Source: Candidatus Bathyarchaeia archaeon
GTDB taxonomy: Archaea; Thermoproteota; Bathyarchaeia; Bathyarchaeales; Bathycorpusculaceae
Reading direction: 5' to 3'
Length of the DNA stretch: 64,000 nucleotides
Assembly: GCA_049515895.1 (NCBI GenBank)
Contig: JBEKTQ010000002.1
Coordinates: 123,975-187,974, forward strand
Within the stretch, counting starts at the first letter, position 1; every line of letters begins with the position of its first letter. Under the pieces are notes generated by a model. The model searched no databases. It saw only the letters and a program-made list of their open reading frames with translations, and was not told the DNA's origin. A program made the translations under genes and the position numbers. Below, piece after piece: positions 59,640-64,000 of the stretch.

Positions 59640-60241
59640 TGCTTATTTCTCCTTATTGATTCAGAATAAATTCTACTATCGATACTATTTCGTTTTCCAT
59701 ATCTTCATCCAGTTTATTAATGATAAGTTTTTCAAAATTCATCTACAAATACGTTTAACTTGAATTACTAATAAAGTTTTGTGGAAACAAGTATCTGCTG
59801 AAGGCTGTTTGGTTTCTAGTTTTATGTAATTGTTGTGCCTTCATTCAGTTGAAGATGATAACTTGGTCTTCTATTTTTGGCAGAGTTGTTTTGGGTTGCT
59901 CTTTTGAATTTTGGCTTGAATCATTTGCAGGTTAGGTAAGAGTCATGGGCCATTAAAAAATGGATTTGCCTTCCTCAGAGAATGCGTTGTCAGAAGTTTT
60001 GCGGCTTGAACCCGTTCAGGTATGCAACTCGGCGGGTTTGCCTTCAAAAAGATTTGGTGAACCTCTATCGTAGTTAAAGTGATTAGGTTTTGCGCGTTAA
60101 ATTTAGACGTGGGTTTAGATCTACCCCCCTGCACCATTATAAGCAAAACTATAGGGGGTGCCACCTGATGCAATAAAATACAGCGTGTGGGTTTAACAAA
60201 TTATAAATACAAATTACTGACATATTTAAAATCCCGAGGTT

Positions 60242-60301
60242 ATGTCAGTGGCTAAGAAACCAGTTAAGAAAGAGAAGAAAGCTCCGGCAAAGAAAAAGTA
60301 A
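60242..60301 (+). CDS. 19-aa Lys-rich micropeptide MSVAKKPVKKEKKAPAKKK
   Basis: TATA-like boxes at ~60201 and ~60223, GAGG SD, T-rich terminator at 60326-60350. Confidence 0.55.
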   Translation: MSVAKKPVKKEKKAPAKKK

Positions 60302-60719
60302 AACCCTCGGTATGAGAACATTTACTTCTCTATTTTTTCTTTTTTTTCTTCTTCAAAACGAGGGCTTTCTCGAAAATTCTCGATTGATGTTTGTCACACG
60401 TGTAATAAATTTGGAGCAACCAGTAACCAAAAGCAGGCTTGGCGGATCGCCCCATGTTAACCCAAGACGCGAATCAAAAGAGCCTTGAATTGTCAGGCTT
60501 TGGCAATCCGCGCCTCGTTTAGCTGCTGACCCGCCAAGCATGGGTGTATCTCTTTGTATTGTCTCGCAAAATAACAACTATTTTCTAAGTATAAATGATA
60601 TTGTGATTGTGTGGCACCAACAACAAGCAGGCAAGCCCTGATAGTCAATTTAGGTTTAAAGTAACGCGAGCTAAACTGCTCATTGGCAGAGTGGAGTGTT
60701 TGCTGAAAGCGACTGTTGC

Positions 60720-61127
60720 TTAGCTTGGATTAGTTTTGCGGTCTGATGTGTAAGGTTTAGTTAGTTTTGCTATTACTTCTGGTTTTGTTTCGCAGAAAAT
60801 CTTTGTGGTGATACCTCTCTGTTCAGTTTGATAAGTACAGAGAAAAAGACCAAAGGCAGAAGGACAAACTTCAAAGTGTTTCATTCCTACCACTGCCGCC
60901 ATCTTTACCAGCTTTTGGTTGCAGTATACACAATGGTTGGGTTTAACTTTTGGAAGGGGTGCTTTGGATCCGTTTGAAGGGCCGCAGTAGATTTCGCTTC
61001 CGTTAGTAATGAAGTTAGCCCAAAGGCATTGGTAAAGGCTGGGGCACATGCGATAATTGCCGTATGATTGAAGATTAAGGATGTGAACAAACTGTTTCCG
61101 GCATTTTCTGCAATTTTCCTCAAACAA
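60720..61127 (-). CDS. Cys-rich hypothetical protein
   Basis: 135-aa ORF with CxxC pairs; no recognised family. Confidence 0.45.
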   Translation of the reverse strand: MFEENCRKCRKQFVHILNLQSYGNYRMCPSLYQCLWANFITNGSEIYCGPSNGSKAPLPKVKPNHCVYCNQKLVKMAAVVGMKHFEVCPSAFGLFLCTYQTEQRGITTKIFCETKPEVIAKLTKPYTSDRKTNPS

Positions 61128-61295
61128 TTTCTGAATCCTCGGTTATTGTAGCTCTTTTCCAGTCAACCACCCATGTAATCAAAGGCTATTTAAAACTTGG
61201 CAATCGTGGCATTCTCAGTCAAGAAACCTTGACTAAGCGCAGTTAAGAAACTTTGACTGAAACCTTCTTAAAGATAAGAGGAACAGGGCTAGTCG

Positions 61296-61952
61296 ATGGT
61301 TCAGTTGAATATCAAAGCTTTAGTCGTCTTAACCCTATTAACAATTCTCGGCATCTCAACAGGAGTCTATGCATACAGCAACTATGTGTCAGTCCAAGAT
61401 TCTTATGTTCAGATTAATGGCTCTAATGTTACAATAAGTGACTCAAATGTAACAATAACTAATAGTACAATCACTTTAGGGGAAGGAAATACAATCATTT
61501 ATCCTACCCAAACTCCAACCACTAGTCCCGTAAATTCTTCGACTACGAATTCGCCTGAAATTACATCTGTTAGTCTAATTTGTGCAGCACAATCGCAAAC
61601 GATAACCATTCAAGGAAATGGCTTTGGAGACATTCAACCTCAGCTTATGAGTTTAGGTGATGGGTCAGTTGATACTGTTTGGGGTGGTTCTACGCCCAGT
61701 ATTGTTGTGTTAGATGAACGTAATTTGCTCTCGGCTGGTGCGGCAGGTGCATGGTCTGGTTTTACCAATGGACCTCCTGACCTTATCGGTGTTATTCTTG
61801 TTAGCTGGAATGATACTCGAATAGTTTTAGGTGGCTTTGGCTCTGGTCTTGGTTCACAGTTCTCATGGAGTGAAGTTTTGAAAGGGGATGCTTTACAAAT
61901 ACAAATTCAGACTTCCAGCGGATTTACAGCATACAATACTGCAGCTTCTTAA
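61296..61952 (+). CDS. secreted protein with IPT/TIG-like domain
   Basis: Signal anchor, Thr/Ser linker, PEITSVS...ITIQGNGFG...SWNDTRI. Confidence 0.8.
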   Translation: MVQLNIKALVVLTLLTILGISTGVYAYSNYVSVQDSYVQINGSNVTISDSNVTITNSTITLGEGNTIIYPTQTPTTSPVNSSTTNSPEITSVSLICAAQSQTITIQGNGFGDIQPQLMSLGDGSVDTVWGGSTPSIVVLDERNLLSAGAAGAWSGFTNGPPDLIGVILVSWNDTRIVLGGFGSGLGSQFSWSEVLKGDALQIQIQTSSGFTAYNTAAS

Positions 61953-61991
61953 TGACTAAAAATCCGAGGCTAAATTTACTTAATTACTTTT

Positions 61992-62053
61992 AAAAAAAGG
62001 GAAATGCGGGTGATGTCTCCATTGGAGGGAGCGTCCAATCCAGCCCCCTGCCA
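61992..62053 (+). repeat. family-B element
   Basis: AAAAAAAGGGAAATGCGGGTGATGTCTCCATTGGAGGGAGCGTCCAATCCAGCCCCCTGCCA. Confidence 0.7.
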
Positions 62054-62198
62054 GATTTGCCAGAGGGTGGAAATTCAACCAAGCCGGCAGTTCTATTATC
62101 AATTTTGTTCCTTTTCCTTCTTTACCTTCATTTTAACAAATTGGTTATTAATGTTCAGCATAAGGAACAAATTTTAGGAACGTTAACTAAATGTTGAG

Positions 62199-62708
62199 TT
62201 GGTAAAGTCGATGTCTTTGCTTGATGTGATTCTAAGCCGTAGGAGCATTCGAAGCTATGAAAATAAAGAAATACCCCAAGAAATATTACGCCAAGTTCTC
62301 GAAGCTGGCAGGCAAGCACCATCCGCAGCTAACAGACAGCCGATTCGATTTGTGGTAGTAACAGATTCCGAACCTAAAAATGAATTATCCAAAAGTTTGT
62401 TTGGTAAACATATTAAGAATGCGCCTATGGTTATCGTTGGATGCGCAGATGAAAAATCGCTTTTGACTGGAAAATGGGCAGCCGTTGATACTACAATTGC
62501 CCTGCAGAACATAGTTATTGCCGCTTGGACTTTTGGTATAGGCTCATGTTGGATAGGGTCTTTTAGTGAAGAAAAAGTCAAAGAACTCTTTAAAATTCCA
62601 GATAAGTGGAAAGTTGTTGCATTGTTAACCCTTGGCTATCCTGCGGAGCAGCCAAAAGCAAAAAACAGAAAGCCCTTTGAGGAATTGTTTGGCTTCAACA
62701 AGTTCTAA
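62199..62708 (+). CDS. nitroreductase family protein
   Basis: RRSIRSY, APSAANRQP, GIGSCWIG, LGYP. Confidence 0.93.
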   Translation: MVKSMSLLDVILSRRSIRSYENKEIPQEILRQVLEAGRQAPSAANRQPIRFVVVTDSEPKNELSKSLFGKHIKNAPMVIVGCADEKSLLTGKWAAVDTTIALQNIVIAAWTFGIGSCWIGSFSEEKVKELFKIPDKWKVVALLTLGYPAEQPKAKNRKPFEELFGFNKF

Positions 62709-62781
62709 TACCAACTCGAATAAGATTTGCCCGCTTAAGGGCGCCGCAAGGTTTTGCAAGATTTATTAATTAACTAATAGG

Positions 62782-62841
62782 AAAAAAGGATTTGCAGGTG
62801 ACATCTCCGCCAGACTGGGGGTTCAAATCCCTGCTTCCGCA
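62782..62841 (+). repeat. family-B element
   Basis: AAAAAAGGATTTGCAGGTGACATCTCCGCCAGACTGGGGGTTCAAATCCCTGCTTCCGCA. Confidence 0.7.
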
Positions 62842-63049
62842 AGAGGGTAGATAACAATAACTATCCAAATTCCATAAGACAAACCAAAACTAGCCAACAG
62901 GTTCAAGACAACGGATGCTGAGAGGTGCTGAGCGCGGAATATAATAAATAATTAAAATTCAAACATGCGGCTGCTCAAAAACATATTAGCCAAATATGTG
63001 TCCGCATAGCAGAAAGTATTATAAACAATTCTAAGCGTAAAACGAACCA

Positions 63050-63244
63050 ATGCACAGACGAAACAGAGTGGCAGTATTTTTGGTAATGCCAATAGTTGTT
63101 TTCATCTGGCTTATCGGATGGACCCTGATTTATTTAGGCTCAAAACAAAAACCAGCCAAACCAAAAGTTACTAAACACGAAGAACTAACTTTCGCAGTGT
63201 TGCCCCAAATAATCCCAAAATTAAAAACACACTCAAAATCCTAA
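63050..63244 (+). CDS. small single-TM protein
   Basis: Hydrophobic segment with W.IGW; TATA-like box at ~63019. Confidence 0.65.
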   Translation: MHRRNRVAVFLVMPIVVFIWLIGWTLIYLGSKQKPAKPKVTKHEELTFAVLPQIIPKLKTHSKS

Positions 63245-63513
63245 AAAAAGCAACTGCTACTAAAACACAAAACAATATCACAACGAGAACTAAGATGACT
63301 TCCCCAGCAAACATATAATCGCACACTGAAGACTTTCTTAAAATTCAAGAAATGTATAAACCCAAACGAAGCACCCGCGGCGTAGTTTGTGTATACATTG
63401 GATTTTGATCCAAACCAACCAGTTTTTGGCAGTCTACCCTCACTCGCCAACAGAAGACTTCAAAGAGCCACGCAACGCAATATTTAGATAACCCCAACAA
63501 TTCTATTACAATA

Positions 63514-64000
63514 ATGTCACCCGCAAAATTTCCCCAAAGGAAATTCGTCTACGTCGACCCATCCAAATGCACTGGATGCGGAATCTGCGAATACGCATGC
63601 ATCCAAGAAAAAGGCGAATCCACCCCACTGCTGTCCAGAATCCGCATTGTCCGCATGAAACCTCTCTTCAACTTTGCCTTATCATGCAGAGCATGCGAAG
63701 ACGCCAAATGCGTCATAGCCTGCCCCGAAAAAGCACTCTCCCAAGAAGAAGCTACAGGCATCATAATGCGAAGCGAAGGGAAGTGCAAAGGCTGCGACTG
63801 GTGTGTCCAAGCCTGCGAACACGGCGGCATCTCAATTCACCCAGACACAGGCTTTTCAGTAGCATGCGACCTCTGCGGCGGGGAACCTCAATGTGTAGAA
63901 TTCTGCCCCGAAGAAGCCCTAGAGACCATAACAACTGATGAAGAAGCCGATAAACGCATGAGCGAAACCTTAGAGAAGCTGCCCGCAGAAACTGAACGAA
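63514..64000 (+). CDS. 4Fe-4S dicluster protein (DmsB/HydN-like), runs off the window
   Basis: MSPAKF...CTGCGICEYAC...CRACEDAKCVIACP...CKGCDWCVQAC...CDLCGGEPQCVEFCP. Missing from the ORF track because it has no stop in the window. Confidence 0.9.
   Translation, partial: MSPAKFPQRKFVYVDPSKCTGCGICEYACIQEKGESTPLLSRIRIVRMKPLFNFALSCRACEDAKCVIACPEKALSQEEATGIIMRSEGKCKGCDWCVQACEHGGISIHPDTGFSVACDLCGGEPQCVEFCPEEALETITTDEEADKRMSETLEKLPAETER

Noticed and set aside
63215-63280. Possible fourth, inverted copy of the G/T-skewed dispersed element
   Set aside because: The match is limited to AAAGCAAC and AAACACAAA in A-rich sequence, and the spacing differs.

Overview
This is an archaeal chromosome segment. 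Gene style and content point to Bathyarchaeia: a PQQ-propeller surface protein, a PEF-CTERM protein, ADP-forming Acd, Nfn and form III RuBisCO. The lineage call is inference, not a database result. Positions 1-49 kb are mostly housekeeping: glucan phosphorylase, gcvH, ino1, ribK, acdA, a hisGDCBHAFI operon, trxB, an MvhD/ferredoxin-nfnAB cluster, the deoA-rbcL-R15P isomerase AMP pathway, a dolichol-P-sugar/PMT glycosylation cluster, tRNA-Val and an intron-containing tRNA-iMet. Positions 50-63 kb are an accessory region around divergent tRNA-Thr(GGT) and tRNA-Leu(TAG). It holds a 5.6-kb element bounded by 46-bp att repeats, with an SSV-type split integrase and defence-like cargo (SIR2, TIR/DUF4062-like, DUF1643). 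The most striking unexplained structure is a set of four co-oriented ~135-bp repeats with nested inverted arms and an invariant core, which divide that element into cassette-like units. A second ~60-bp repeat, ending in a tRNA T-arm-like sequence, sits just 3' of four accessory genes. Together they suggest a candidate integron-like cassette system. Other observations are four genes that appear to need ACG, ATT or ATA starts, two 10-bp-periodic arrays tied to a dispersed repeat, and structured leaders upstream of hisG and the surface-protein gene. All family assignments come from motif recognition by eye.
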